A DNA stretch of 64,000 nt from Myxococcota bacterium (GTDB lineage: Bacteria > Myxococcota_A > Bradymonadia > UBA7976 > UBA1532): positions 1-64,000 of the forward strand of contig JAYZEG010000095.1 of the NCBI GenBank assembly GCA_036337435.1, in the 5' to 3' direction. Within the stretch, counting starts at the first letter, position 1, and the number at the start of each line of letters is the position of its first letter. Below, piece by piece: positions 38,546-48,459 of this stretch. The translations under genes were made by a program, and so were the position numbers. The notes under the pieces were generated by a model. It was given only the letters and a program-made list of their open reading frames with translations, was not told the DNA's origin and searched no databases.

Positions 38546-39529
38546 ATGAAACGCTTTGTTTGGATGAGTCTCTTTCTATTTTTTGGAGCGTGTGGTTCCG
38601 ATGAAGCTGACCAAGTATCGGATGGGGTTGACGAACCTGCCGTTATACCCCTCGCTCCACCGCCAGAAGGGGCCGGTTATCAATTGAACTTTGAGGCCGT
38701 CGCCCCGCCATTCTCAGAAGTGTGGCTCTGCAAAGTCGGACCTATGCCAAATCTTGAGCTGGCCAATGTGAATCGAGTTCAGGCTCAGCAGAACCCAGGC
38801 ACTCACCACCTGACCTTGTCTACATTGGGCTTAGCCCCATCAACACCCGTTGAGCATGGCGTTTACAATTGCGACGACCTCTACGGTGATTCAAGTCTCA
38901 TGCAGGATCAAATTATGTTCTATGGAAACCAAGGTGAGGCTGAACACGAATTGATCATGCCCGATGGCGTGGCTGCGGGCATTCCCCCTATGCTGGATGT
39001 CATTCATGAGGTCCATTACGTCAATACGACAGATCAACCGGTGAATCTCTACTCAAGAATCAACGCTTGGACGATGCCTGCCGCGGATGTCGTCGAAGGC
39101 ATTTGGGGGAGCCAAGTACGCGATGAAACCATCGAGATTCCCCCGCGTTCGACAAAAACGGAATGGAGCCGCTGCGTTTTCAACGAGGACGTAGAGATTA
39201 TTTTTATGGCGTCTCATACCCATAAACTCGGGAAAGAATTCACAATTGCGCCTTTTGATGGCCAGGAGACCGGAGAGATCATCTATCGAAATGATGATTG
39301 GCACACGCCCAAGATCGTGCCCTACGATCCACCACTTGTGGTCAAGGCAGGCGAGGGTTTTGAATGGGCATGCACCTTCGATAATCCGACTGATGAGGCC
39401 GTAGGTTACGGGTCCAGTGCCGATGATGAGATGTGTAATCCGACCTTTGTACACACGCCATTTAGCCTGTCGGCACGGTGTGAGGTTGTAGAGACCAGCG
39501 ACGGTGTCCTGTGGTCGCCAGACCAGTAA
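38546..39529 (+). CDS. Copper type II ascorbate-dependent monooxygenase-like (PHM/DBM fold) lipoprotein
   Basis: FFGAC lipobox after GGAGG; copper ligands GTHH, EVHY, SHTH and DEMC. Confidence 0.85.
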   Translation: MKRFVWMSLFLFFGACGSDEADQVSDGVDEPAVIPLAPPPEGAGYQLNFEAVAPPFSEVWLCKVGPMPNLELANVNRVQAQQNPGTHHLTLSTLGLAPSTPVEHGVYNCDDLYGDSSLMQDQIMFYGNQGEAEHELIMPDGVAAGIPPMLDVIHEVHYVNTTDQPVNLYSRINAWTMPAADVVEGIWGSQVRDETIEIPPRSTKTEWSRCVFNEDVEIIFMASHTHKLGKEFTIAPFDGQETGEIIYRNDDWHTPKIVPYDPPLVVKAGEGFEWACTFDNPTDEAVGYGSSADDEMCNPTFVHTPFSLSARCEVVETSDGVLWSPDQ

Positions 39530-39612
39530 GGGCAGCGTCTTTCTTACCTCGCGAATCGCTGCAATGAGCTGAACGCAGCTGCTGTGAACAGACGCTCTGA
39601 GTTGGAGGCAAA

Positions 39613-40551
39613 ATGGCCATTAACTGGTTTCCAGGTCACATGCACAAAGCGCGTAAAGAAATCGCGCAAATCATGCCAAAGGTCGATTTATTGATCGAGG
39701 TCGTCGATGCCCGGATTCCGTACTCAAGTGCGAACCCCTTGGTGGATGAATGGCGTCGGGACAAGCCGATGCTTAAGATTCTCAATAAGATCGACCTCGC
39801 TGACCCATCGATGACTCAAGATTGGATCGATGATTTCGAGCAAGATTCTGATATCCGGGCACTGACCCTCGATGCGCGCAACGCGCAGCACTGTCGCGAG
39901 TTGCTCAATCGCGGCCGTAAGCTCGTCCACGCGCCGAGGTCGCCTGGTAAGCCGCTCACAGCTATGATTCTCGGCATCCCCAATGTGGGGAAGTCCACCT
40001 TGATCAACGGCATGGCGGGGCGCTTGATCGCGAAGACCGGAAATGTGCCCGCCGTCACAAAAAAACAACAACGGATCCCGCTTGCACAGGATTTTGTGCT
40101 CTTGGATACACCGGGTTTTCTTTGGCCCAAGTTGTGGCCTGACGGCTGTGGCTACCGGTTGGCGATAACGGGCGCCATCAAAGATGCGGTTATCGATTAC
40201 GACGACATCGCTTATTTCGCCACCGACTTCTTCAGGCAACACTATCCGGATGCTCTTCTAGCCCGCTACCGTTTGGATTCGATCCCCGATACGACCATCG
40301 AACTGATGGAGGCCATTGCAGCCCGGCGTGGCTGCATCGGAAAAGGAGGTCTCATCCGCTTATCTCAAGTCTCGGAGCTTTTGATCCGTGAATACCGACA
40401 AGGCAAACTCGGCCGTGTCAGCCTTGAAACGCCACAGTTGATCCGAGCTGAGTTACGGGTGGCCGAGCGTGAAAAAGCCGAAAAAGACGCGGCCAAGCAG
40501 GCACGCCTAGAGATGCGGCAGCAGAACAAAAAGAAGACCAAGAGGCGATAG
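39613..40551 (+). CDS. rbgA: Ribosome biogenesis GTPase RbgA (YlqF)
   Basis: INWFPGHM, DARIP, NKID, GIPNVGKS and DTPG in circularly permuted order. Confidence 0.96.
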   Translation: MAINWFPGHMHKARKEIAQIMPKVDLLIEVVDARIPYSSANPLVDEWRRDKPMLKILNKIDLADPSMTQDWIDDFEQDSDIRALTLDARNAQHCRELLNRGRKLVHAPRSPGKPLTAMILGIPNVGKSTLINGMAGRLIAKTGNVPAVTKKQQRIPLAQDFVLLDTPGFLWPKLWPDGCGYRLAITGAIKDAVIDYDDIAYFATDFFRQHYPDALLARYRLDSIPDTTIELMEAIAARRGCIGKGGLIRLSQVSELLIREYRQGKLGRVSLETPQLIRAELRVAEREKAEKDAAKQARLEMRQQNKKKTKRR

Positions 40552-40555
40552 TGGT

Positions 40556-41035
40556 ATGGTGACGTACAATCTACGAGTCTGTCTCTTTTTGGCTGCTCTT
40601 TTTGGGTATGATTTAGGGCGTGCCCACGGTGAAACAAAGACGCTTGGCTTGGGTGTGCTACTTGGAGAACCGACGGGTCTAAGCGGCAAGCTATTCATGG
40701 ATGATGACCATGCAATCGCAGCGGGTCTTAGTTTCAGTTTTGTCGACGACAACTTGCACTTACATGCTGACTATTTGTTGCACTTCCGCGGTCGACTCAG
40801 TCAGCTAGAGGGGGGTAAATGGATTCCATACGTTGGAATCGGAGGTAAGTTTAGGGTCTGGGAAGACCAGGGAAGGGGCGATGATGGCCTCTCTGTTCGC
40901 GTTCCGGTCGGACTTGTTGTTCACCTCCATTCTACGCCACTCGATGTGTTTTTGGAATTCGTGCCCGGGATGAGAATTCTGCCTGCAACAGATGCTGATT
41001 TGGGGGCAGCTCTGGGCGTGAGATGGTATTTTTAA
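40556..41035 (+). CDS. Small outer-membrane beta-barrel protein (DUF3996-like)
   Basis: Signal peptide; [21 protein letters not shown]; terminal GVRWYF. Confidence 0.8.
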   Translation: MVTYNLRVCLFLAALFGYDLGRAHGETKTLGLGVLLGEPTGLSGKLFMDDDHAIAAGLSFSFVDDNLHLHADYLLHFRGRLSQLEGGKWIPYVGIGGKFRVWEDQGRGDDGLSVRVPVGLVVHLHSTPLDVFLEFVPGMRILPATDADLGAALGVRWYF

Positions 41036-41171
41036 ACGCACCGTGCTCCAAATTCGCACCTTTCTTGGAACGGAGCTGTATCGCCTGACGGTTCTCGCGC
41101 ATCTTGCAGGGCTCGCAGCGGTTTGTGCTGCGGTGCGGTTTTATGACAGACGGACAAGGAGTCAAGTGACC

Positions 41172-41567
41172 ATGAGTACCAAAACAGACGCCGAGTGGTT
41201 AGCTCTGCTGGGACCCGAAGCATTTAGAGTCGCGCGACAAGCCGGCACGGAACGCCCGTTCTCAGGACGATATAACGCCCATTACGATGTCGGCACTTAC
41301 ACGTGTATCTGTTGTGGTCTGCCTCTGTTTAAGAGTGACTCAAAATTTAATTCAGGCTGTGGTTGGCCCAGCTTTTTTGAACCATTGGATGCCGCTCATT
41401 TAGTTGAAGTCCGCGACACCAGTCACGGCATGGTTCGAACGGAAATCCGGTGCACGGGCTGCGACGCCCATCTCGGGCATGTTTTCAACGATGGTCCGCC
41501 CCCCACCGGCATCCGTTATTGCATCAACTCAGTCTGCTTAGATTTCGATGAACAGGTCGCCAGCTGA
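41172..41567 (+). CDS. msrB: Peptide-methionine (R)-S-oxide reductase
   Basis: [32 protein letters not shown] and two Zn CxxC. ATG 41172 follows AAGGAG. Confidence 0.97.
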   Translation: MSTKTDAEWLALLGPEAFRVARQAGTERPFSGRYNAHYDVGTYTCICCGLPLFKSDSKFNSGCGWPSFFEPLDAAHLVEVRDTSHGMVRTEIRCTGCDAHLGHVFNDGPPPTGIRYCINSVCLDFDEQVAS

Positions 41568-41685
41568 ACTCACCTGGCACCGGCCCTTCACCATGTCCAT
41601 TGAAGTCGGCAACACGTCGCGCGCATTCCCGCCTTTGCACCACCCCACATCCGTGTCATAACGGCAGCGATTTATTTGATCTGAG

Positions 41686-42747
41686 ATGATGATGGCGTCG
41701 CGTGTTTTGATCGTAGGTTGCGGAGGGATTGGCGGTGTGTTGACTGCGTCAGCAGCGCGGGCCCCCTTTGACTCTTGGACCGTGTCCAGAAACGATGCGG
41801 TCCGTGACCGGATTGCCAAAAACGGCCTCATATGCATTCGAGGACGCACTCGCCAGCGGTCTAAGCCACGGGTCGTCGACACCGTTGAGTCCATGACTTT
41901 TGATTTGGTGGTCTTGGCGACTCAGCCGACCGATGTCGAATCCGCAGCTAGACAATACGGGCCGCATCTGTCCGATGATGGTGAGATGCTAGTGTTACAA
42001 AATGGCCTGTGTGAAGAGCGGGTCGCGCGGGTATTGGAATCACCTGAAAGGGTGGTCGGGGGCGTTGTTGCATGGGGGGCGAGAACCCATGGTGTGGGTG
42101 TGGTCGAGCAGACATCGGAAGGACACGTTATCATTGGAACGCTCACCGGCCGCCGCCCACGCCAAATGTCGCTCATAAACGAGCTCTTCAACCCGATAGC
42201 GACAGTTAAGTGGACAGACAATCTTTTGGGCAGTCGTTGGAGCAAGCTCATTTTAAATTGTATCGTGTCGTCACTCGGCACGCTGAATGGAACCCACTTG
42301 GGGGCGGTCGTTCGCGCACTCAACGGGCGTCGTTTGGGCCTCAAAATCTTAGCAGAGGGGGTTGCTGCGGCCGATGCTCTCGGCATTGTCTTGGAACCTG
42401 TATCAGGCACCATTGACCTGCGCCAGCTCAGTCTTGCTGGCTCTACACCGAGGGGCAGTCGATGGCGCGTCATTTACGCGCATGGGATTCTGCTGGTGGT
42501 TGGTTTTAAGTATCGGAAATTGTATAGCTCGTTGCTCCGGGCCATCGAAGCTGGTCGACCGCCGGCTGTCGATTTCTTAAATGGTGAGTTGGTTCGGGCT
42601 GGTCGATCCGTTGGTCTACCTATGGTCGTCAACGCGGCGATTTGTGACAAAGTCCATGGGTTTGCCCGCGGGCAAATCGAACCCGGGCCACAGACCATCG
42701 ACAGGTTGTTGGAGACTGTCAGCTCCGTCGATAACGAGGTGCCATGA
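41686..42747 (+). CDS. Ketopantoate reductase (PanE/ApbA) family oxidoreductase
   Basis: GCGGIG Rossmann motif, LQNGL, WSKLILN and SSL..DFLNG. Confidence 0.85.
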   Translation: MMMASRVLIVGCGGIGGVLTASAARAPFDSWTVSRNDAVRDRIAKNGLICIRGRTRQRSKPRVVDTVESMTFDLVVLATQPTDVESAARQYGPHLSDDGEMLVLQNGLCEERVARVLESPERVVGGVVAWGARTHGVGVVEQTSEGHVIIGTLTGRRPRQMSLINELFNPIATVKWTDNLLGSRWSKLILNCIVSSLGTLNGTHLGAVVRALNGRRLGLKILAEGVAAADALGIVLEPVSGTIDLRQLSLAGSTPRGSRWRVIYAHGILLVVGFKYRKLYSSLLRAIEAGRPPAVDFLNGELVRAGRSVGLPMVVNAAICDKVHGFARGQIEPGPQTIDRLLETVSSVDNEVP

Positions 42748-42794
42748 GTCCGCAGAGATAGGCTCGAATTTGCCAAAATAAGGATGTAGAACCG

Positions 42795-43604
42795 ATGGGA
42801 AAACTTGCCTGGTTGACCGACCCGCATTTTGACATGTTGAGTGACCACGAATTTACCGCATTGCTCGATACGTGGTCAAAAATCGAGGTTGACGGTCTAG
42901 TCATCACCGGTGACATTGCCGATGGTGATACTTTATTCGCTGTTTTGACCGCTCTCGATGCCACTCTCCCATTCCCAATTTGGTTTGTTCTGGGCAACCA
43001 CGACTATTATGGCACAAGCATTGACGAACAACGTCTTGCTGTACGGCAATGGTGCCTCCAGGCGAAACGGACAACTTGGCTTGCTGATGTGAGGCATATC
43101 CATCTATCCAACGAAACGGCATTACTTGGACACGGTGGCTGGGCGGATGGTGGCTATGGTGATTTTCATGCATCGAATATCGTGCTGAACGATTACCGCC
43201 TCATCTCAGAACTTACAGGTCACCCAAAGCGTGAACTCGCTCGGCGTTTGGCTCATCTCGGTCGGGACGCGGCTGCTGTCATCGAGCGCCAACTTGTCGA
43301 CGCCTTTCGGACTCATAAGCATGTTATCCTCGCAACCCATGTTCCGCCCTTTGTCGAAGCGTGTTGGTATCAAGGGCAGGCGACTGTCAATGAATGGACA
43401 CCCCACTTTAGTTGTAAGGCGGTTGGAGATTGCCTACGAGACGTAGCAGCGACCTATCCTGAGCATACCATTCGAGTCTATTGCGGCCACACCCATTCGG
43501 GCGGCGTAGCGCAAATTGCCCCGAACCTACACGTCACAACCGGTGGGGCGACTTACGGGCAGCCAGGTCTTCAGGCCGGTATTCTCTGGAAAGACGAGGC
43601 CTAG
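42795..43604 (+). CDS. Calcineurin-like metallophosphoesterase (CpdA/Icc-like)
   Basis: TDPH, TGD, GNHD, THVPP and GHTH. Confidence 0.9.
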   Translation: MGKLAWLTDPHFDMLSDHEFTALLDTWSKIEVDGLVITGDIADGDTLFAVLTALDATLPFPIWFVLGNHDYYGTSIDEQRLAVRQWCLQAKRTTWLADVRHIHLSNETALLGHGGWADGGYGDFHASNIVLNDYRLISELTGHPKRELARRLAHLGRDAAAVIERQLVDAFRTHKHVILATHVPPFVEACWYQGQATVNEWTPHFSCKAVGDCLRDVAATYPEHTIRVYCGHTHSGGVAQIAPNLHVTTGGATYGQPGLQAGILWKDEA

Positions 43605-44140
43605 TCGTCCAGTTTTTCTACGACCGTTTGAAAGTTTTCCCCGTTACTTTCGATGAAGACCTCGCCATCAGTGCGGACAATAGACCATTCATTCGTCCTC
43701 TTAATCGATGCGCCAAGCCGACTTAAAACGTCCGGATCCAACGTGAAACATTGGACATATTCTTTTCGGTCGTAATCGAGTTTTTGAACGGTATCCAAAA
43801 GTCGGTTGACGGCGCGATAGGCGTAAATCGTCACGTGTTTGGCTATTTTTGTCGCTTTGTTGAGCCGATCAAGACTCGGGCAACCGATGTCAAACCAGTG
43901 GACAAAATCACCATTTATTTTACGCACGAACAGCGGCGGTTCACTTGGGTCGCCAAGGCCTGCACGCGAGAAATTTAAATGATCTTGCTGGTGCAACGCG
44001 TAAATGAGTATCCGAGTGGCCAAGAATGACTCGGTTTCCGATGGATGCTGTGCCAGTCTCAGCTCGACAGTATCGAAGTAATTTCGGTCGACGTCTGAGA
44101 TGGATATATCGAACCGGCGCATGATTGATGGTCTGGCCAT
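43601..44140 (-). CDS. yaeQ: YaeQ family protein
   Basis: ISDVDRNY, LAQHPSET, EPPL and W.DIG.P. ATG 44140 follows GAGGA. Confidence 0.9.
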   Translation of the reverse strand: MARPSIMRRFDISISDVDRNYFDTVELRLAQHPSETESFLATRILIYALHQQDHLNFSRAGLGDPSEPPLFVRKINGDFVHWFDIGCPSLDRLNKATKIAKHVTIYAYRAVNRLLDTVQKLDYDRKEYVQCFTLDPDVLSRLGASIKRTNEWSIVRTDGEVFIESNGENFQTVVEKLDD

Positions 44141-44410
44141 AATGTCTGAGTCCTCATATTTGTCTGGCAACGCGCGCACCATCTGAGCTTGGCGAGAAAG
44201 GGTGGTCAAGTCCGAAATCAGCCCGCTATGAAAAATGGTCTTCTTCGGGACCGGAACACCTCATTTGCCATGCGTAATGGCCGAACAAACGAAACATAAT
44301 CGGGCGTCGGTCTGGCTGTTGCCACCGATTTCTCAAGCAATAGTCTTGCGTTTAATTCAATGCTGGCACCTAATTAGACTGCTAGGACCAGATGGGACGC
44401 GTGTGTATTA

Positions 44411-45703
44411 ATGTCAGCAACCCCAAACGAGTTAATCAAATTTATCGACTCGAGCCCGAGTCCGTATCATTGCGTTCAATCGGTCGTCGAAAGACTCTCG
44501 AACGCCGGTTTTACGGAACTCAATTCCGAATTGATTTGGCCCAAATTGAGTGTCGGTGACGGCCATTTTATTCGTCGGAATGGCACATTGATCGCTTGGA
44601 GAAACGGCACGGGTGCACCTGCTGGGTCAGGATTTCGTATCATTGGTGCACACACTGACAGTCCTAATCTCAGATTAAAGCCGACTCCGGAATATCTGAG
44701 TCATGGACTCACCCAGTGGGGCGTTCAAGTCTACGGGGGCGTTCTTCTCTACACGTGGTTTGACCGAGACCTCGGTCTCAGTGGTAGGGTCTTTACCAAA
44801 AGTGGGGATGGGCTCATTGAACACTTGGTCAATGTCAGTCGACCCATCGCACGAATTCCAAGCCTCGCAATTCATTTCAACCGGAGTGTTTCGGAGTCTG
44901 GATTCAAACCCAATAAGCAAGACCATCTGCCTCCGCTCGTTGCCTTGGACTGGGCTCATGAGCAGGGCGTGCTCGACCATCTGGTGTCCGAGTCAATCGG
45001 GCTCGAACCAGACCAGATCGTTGGCCATGACCTCATGCTTCATCCGCTCGCCCCCAGCGCCTTGGGTGGGGTGGACGAGGAATTTATTTTTGCACCACGC
45101 ATAGACAATCAAGCCTCGTGTTACACGGCGTTAGAAGGCTTGCTCGGCGCACCGCTTGGTGACCCCACCGCGCTGATTGCGCTTTTCGACCATGAAGAAT
45201 GTGGCAGTGGCTCTGCCCATGGAGGCGATGGGGCCCTCATTGAGCATGTGCTTCGTCGTATTGTTGGTCGGCACGAAGTGCAAGCGGAAGGCGGCTTTGA
45301 AAGAGCTGCAGCCAATAGTTATATGATCAGTGCTGATATGGCCCATGGTGTTCACCCCAACTATTCTGCATACCATGACGGACATCACAAGCCGCTCCTC
45401 GGCGGGGGGCCGGTCATCAAGACTCATACAAATCAGCGCTATGCGACCGATGGCGAGACCGCTGCGCGTTTTAGATCGGCGTGTGCGGCCTTGGATATCC
45501 CAGTGCAGGAATTTGTGATTCGCACCGATTTGCGTTGCGGGTCGACGATCGGACCGATCACCTCATCCAACTTAGGGATAAGAACGGTCGATGTCGGTTG
45601 TTCGATGCTGTCTATGCACAGCATTCGCGAGCAAGCTGCATCGGCGGATGTGTCGATGATGGCAGCTGTCAAAGCCCACGTACTTGGCGGTGCCAATTCG
45701 TGA
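44411..45703 (+). CDS. M18 family aspartyl aminopeptidase
   Basis: SPSPYH, GAHTDSP, RIDN, FDHEE, SADMAHGVHPNY, CGSTIGP and LSMHSIRE. Confidence 0.95.
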   Translation: MSATPNELIKFIDSSPSPYHCVQSVVERLSNAGFTELNSELIWPKLSVGDGHFIRRNGTLIAWRNGTGAPAGSGFRIIGAHTDSPNLRLKPTPEYLSHGLTQWGVQVYGGVLLYTWFDRDLGLSGRVFTKSGDGLIEHLVNVSRPIARIPSLAIHFNRSVSESGFKPNKQDHLPPLVALDWAHEQGVLDHLVSESIGLEPDQIVGHDLMLHPLAPSALGGVDEEFIFAPRIDNQASCYTALEGLLGAPLGDPTALIALFDHEECGSGSAHGGDGALIEHVLRRIVGRHEVQAEGGFERAAANSYMISADMAHGVHPNYSAYHDGHHKPLLGGGPVIKTHTNQRYATDGETAARFRSACAALDIPVQEFVIRTDLRCGSTIGPITSSNLGIRTVDVGCSMLSMHSIREQAASADVSMMAAVKAHVLGGANS

Positions 45704-45896
45704 GCAAGACAACGGACATCATCTGCAGACTGACGGGCATCGGTCTCAGGTTGTGATGGGCATTTGGGGCTGGCTGAGATCCATTTGAGCTGCCTGTTAA
45801 TGGGACCGTCTCTAGAATTTCACGCCAGAACTTGCGCTCTTCGCATCGGCCTCCGTATCCTGCGTCTAGATTGGTCATCAGCACTGAGCACTCAGC

Positions 45897-47237
45897 ATGG
45901 TTCGTAAAATTAAAAAACGCCGTAAACCTGGTCGAAAGGGGCAACGAAACGCAGTTGATACGCGGGCAAGTAACCGGCCGATCAAAACACCTCCCGTCAT
46001 GTCTTCTTCGCCGTCCAAGCCTCAACTCCCTGATCGGCGTGACCAATTCTCAATTTCGCTTTGTATGATCGTCAAGAATGAATCTCGTCTGATCGCCGAA
46101 TGCCTGCGCCGAGCGCGGTCCATTTGTCGCCAGATGGTCGTCGTTGATACAGGGTCTGAGGACAATACGGCCGACCTAGCTGAAGCGGAGGGTGCTGAGG
46201 TTTATCATCATCCATGGCCGGGTCACTTCTCTGCGGCGCGTAATCTTTCATTAGAGTATGCAAAAGAAGAGTGGATTCTGATCTTGGATGGGGACGAGTT
46301 ACTCGAGCCGGAATCCCTCGCTGCACTTACGCAAGCTGACCTGACAGGCTTGGCACAGGCGGCAGTTGAATTTGAAATCGTCAATTTCCTATCCGATGAA
46401 GCCCAGCCGTCCAATGCCCATTTCCAGAAGCAGATCCGACTGTTCAGACGGAGAGCAAATCACCGGTACGAGGGGTTGATCCACAACCAGCTTATCGATA
46501 CGGAGACAGGCGGTCCATTGAGCTCCGTTTTCAGGCGAATCCAAGTCCTTCACTATGGTTATACGCCCACAGTCTGGGACGCTCAGAACAAAGCCCAGCG
46601 ACTCGGCATGCTGGAAAAGGCTCTGGTTGAGAATCCAGACTCACTCTTTTGTCATTACAACTTGGCCAACCATCTGAAAATTCTGGAACAGTTTGAGCGG
46701 GCAGTGTTTCACTATGAAAAGTGCTTTGAGGGAGATCTTGGACAAGAGTGGGTCAAAATAGCACACTTCAGTGCCGCCTTTTGTGCAAACCAGCTTGGGC
46801 GATTTGAGCGGTCCATCGAAATCTGTGAGCGTCTATTGGCTCGAGAACCCTACGTGGCTGACGCACTGTTGAGGTGGGCTGAAGCGCAATTGGGTTTGGG
46901 ATTACCTGAAAATGTAGTGGCGACCATCGCCCCCGTGATTAGCCATCCCTCTCTCATGGCCTACAAGCAACAGGCGCTCGAATTTGCGCTTCCCTACAGA
47001 CTGGGTCGAGCTCATTTTGAATTGAATCAGCATCGGGACGCGTTACCTATTTTCGAGGGACTAGCCGAGTTTAGCCGCGACCCGACAGTATTTACTCATC
47101 TTTGTCTGTGCGCGCTGCATTGCGGCCAAGTTCAATTGGCAAGAAAGGCTTATTTGCGAGGGGTAGAGCTCGCACCCGATGACCCGGATTGGCCCGGGCT
47201 TAAATCTGTTTTCGATGCCAACAATATTCCCATTTAG
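45897..47237 (+). CDS. Family 2 glycosyltransferase with TPR repeats
   Basis: ISLCMIVKNE, VDTGSEDNT, FSAARN, LDGDE and HYGY, followed by TPR helices. Confidence 0.92.
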   Translation: MVRKIKKRRKPGRKGQRNAVDTRASNRPIKTPPVMSSSPSKPQLPDRRDQFSISLCMIVKNESRLIAECLRRARSICRQMVVVDTGSEDNTADLAEAEGAEVYHHPWPGHFSAARNLSLEYAKEEWILILDGDELLEPESLAALTQADLTGLAQAAVEFEIVNFLSDEAQPSNAHFQKQIRLFRRRANHRYEGLIHNQLIDTETGGPLSSVFRRIQVLHYGYTPTVWDAQNKAQRLGMLEKALVENPDSLFCHYNLANHLKILEQFERAVFHYEKCFEGDLGQEWVKIAHFSAAFCANQLGRFERSIEICERLLAREPYVADALLRWAEAQLGLGLPENVVATIAPVISHPSLMAYKQQALEFALPYRLGRAHFELNQHRDALPIFEGLAEFSRDPTVFTHLCLCALHCGQVQLARKAYLRGVELAPDDPDWPGLKSVFDANNIPI

Positions 47238-47258
47238 CGACCCATCTGACGAGGCGTC

Positions 47259-48437
47259 TTAAAGGTCGACGATATCGATTTCAGCAATCGCAGCGTCGAC
47301 CAGTGCGTCTATCTTGAGCGGGCTCTCCGCAGACTCTAGCACGGGCTGCTGACCGCGGGTTGCTGGGTGTTTTGGAACGAAGAGTGAGCAACAGTCATCA
47401 TAGGGGAGGGTTGAGGTCTCTAAGGTATCGATTTTTCGGGCCAGTTTAACGATCTCTGCTTTGTCGTACGTCACCAGTGGCCTCAAGGTCATCATGTTCG
47501 TGGCCGAGTCGACCATGTGTAGATTTTCTAATGTTTGACTGGCGACTTGAGCAAGGCTCTCGCCTGTACACAGTGCATAACAATCAGCCTGCTTGGCCAC
47601 TTTTGCTGCGATTCGGTACATGAACCGTCGGTAAAGGAGCACCGTCAGTTTTGGGTCGCATTCGTCTCGGATTGCCTTTTGGATCTGTGTAAACGGGACC
47701 ACATGGAGACGCATGCCGCCCTGTCGCATGGCAAGACGGCGCGCGAGTTCTTCTACTTTCTCGCGGCTGGCCTCGCTGATGAATGGCGGTGAGTGAAAGT
47801 AAATTGCGTTTAGCCTACAGCCTCGTTTCTGCGCGAGAAAACCTGCGACAGGCGAATCGATTCCTCCGCTCAACAGCAGCATGACTTCGCCCGTTGCACC
47901 GATTGGCATCCCGCCCACGCCTTCAATGGACTCGATCCAGAGATGGGCGATATCCCGTTTGTAGGAGATATTCATCACCACTTGGGGGGCTTTCAAGTCA
48001 ACTTTTAAGTCGAGCGCGTCTAGAATTCCTGCAGCGACGTGTTGATTCATCTCCGGTGATGTCATTATGCAGCGTTTATCGGCCCGTTTCGATTTCACAG
48101 CAAAGGTCAGTTGCTGCCCCTGCCAGGCTCTGACAGCGAGCTGGGTGGCTGTATCTCGAATCAGGTCGGGATCAGTGTTGACTCTGACCACTGGACTACA
48201 GCTGGTCAGCCCCGGCGTGCTGGCACAGATATCGAGCGCGGTCTCCAGTTGGTGACTTGATTCCAGATGAATGAAGAGTTGTCCTCGCGTTTCTGTGATT
48301 TTGCACGGGCCAACGGCGTCGTGTAGGTTTGCTTTAAGATTGCTTCGAAGCTTTTTGACGAACCAACTCTGATTTTGCCCCTTGAGGAAGAGTTCTCCCA
48401 TTCGTGCGAGAATCAGCTTACTTTCGAGAGCCATCAT
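47259..48437 (-). CDS. thiI: tRNA 4-thiouridine synthase ThiI (short form, no rhodanese domain)
   Basis: GELFLKG, THUMP region, LLSGGIDSPVA, GESLAQVASQT, LRPL and DCC. Confidence 0.95.
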   Translation of the reverse strand: MMALESKLILARMGELFLKGQNQSWFVKKLRSNLKANLHDAVGPCKITETRGQLFIHLESSHQLETALDICASTPGLTSCSPVVRVNTDPDLIRDTATQLAVRAWQGQQLTFAVKSKRADKRCIMTSPEMNQHVAAGILDALDLKVDLKAPQVVMNISYKRDIAHLWIESIEGVGGMPIGATGEVMLLLSGGIDSPVAGFLAQKRGCRLNAIYFHSPPFISEASREKVEELARRLAMRQGGMRLHVVPFTQIQKAIRDECDPKLTVLLYRRFMYRIAAKVAKQADCYALCTGESLAQVASQTLENLHMVDSATNMMTLRPLVTYDKAEIVKLARKIDTLETSTLPYDDCCSLFVPKHPATRGQQPVLESAESPLKIDALVDAAIAEIDIVDL

Positions 48438-48459
48438 GCCGACAATTTTATCCTCTGGT

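Noticed and set aside
41172..41567. MsrB as a second selenoprotein
   Set aside because: The catalytic residue is a TGC Cys (RYCINS) and there is no in-frame TGA.
44236..44412. 58-codon ORF starting MVFFGTG, and a TGGCAC sigma54-like site upstream of the M18 peptidase
   Set aside because: The ORF has no further motif support, and the -12 TTGC element is missing at the required spacing.
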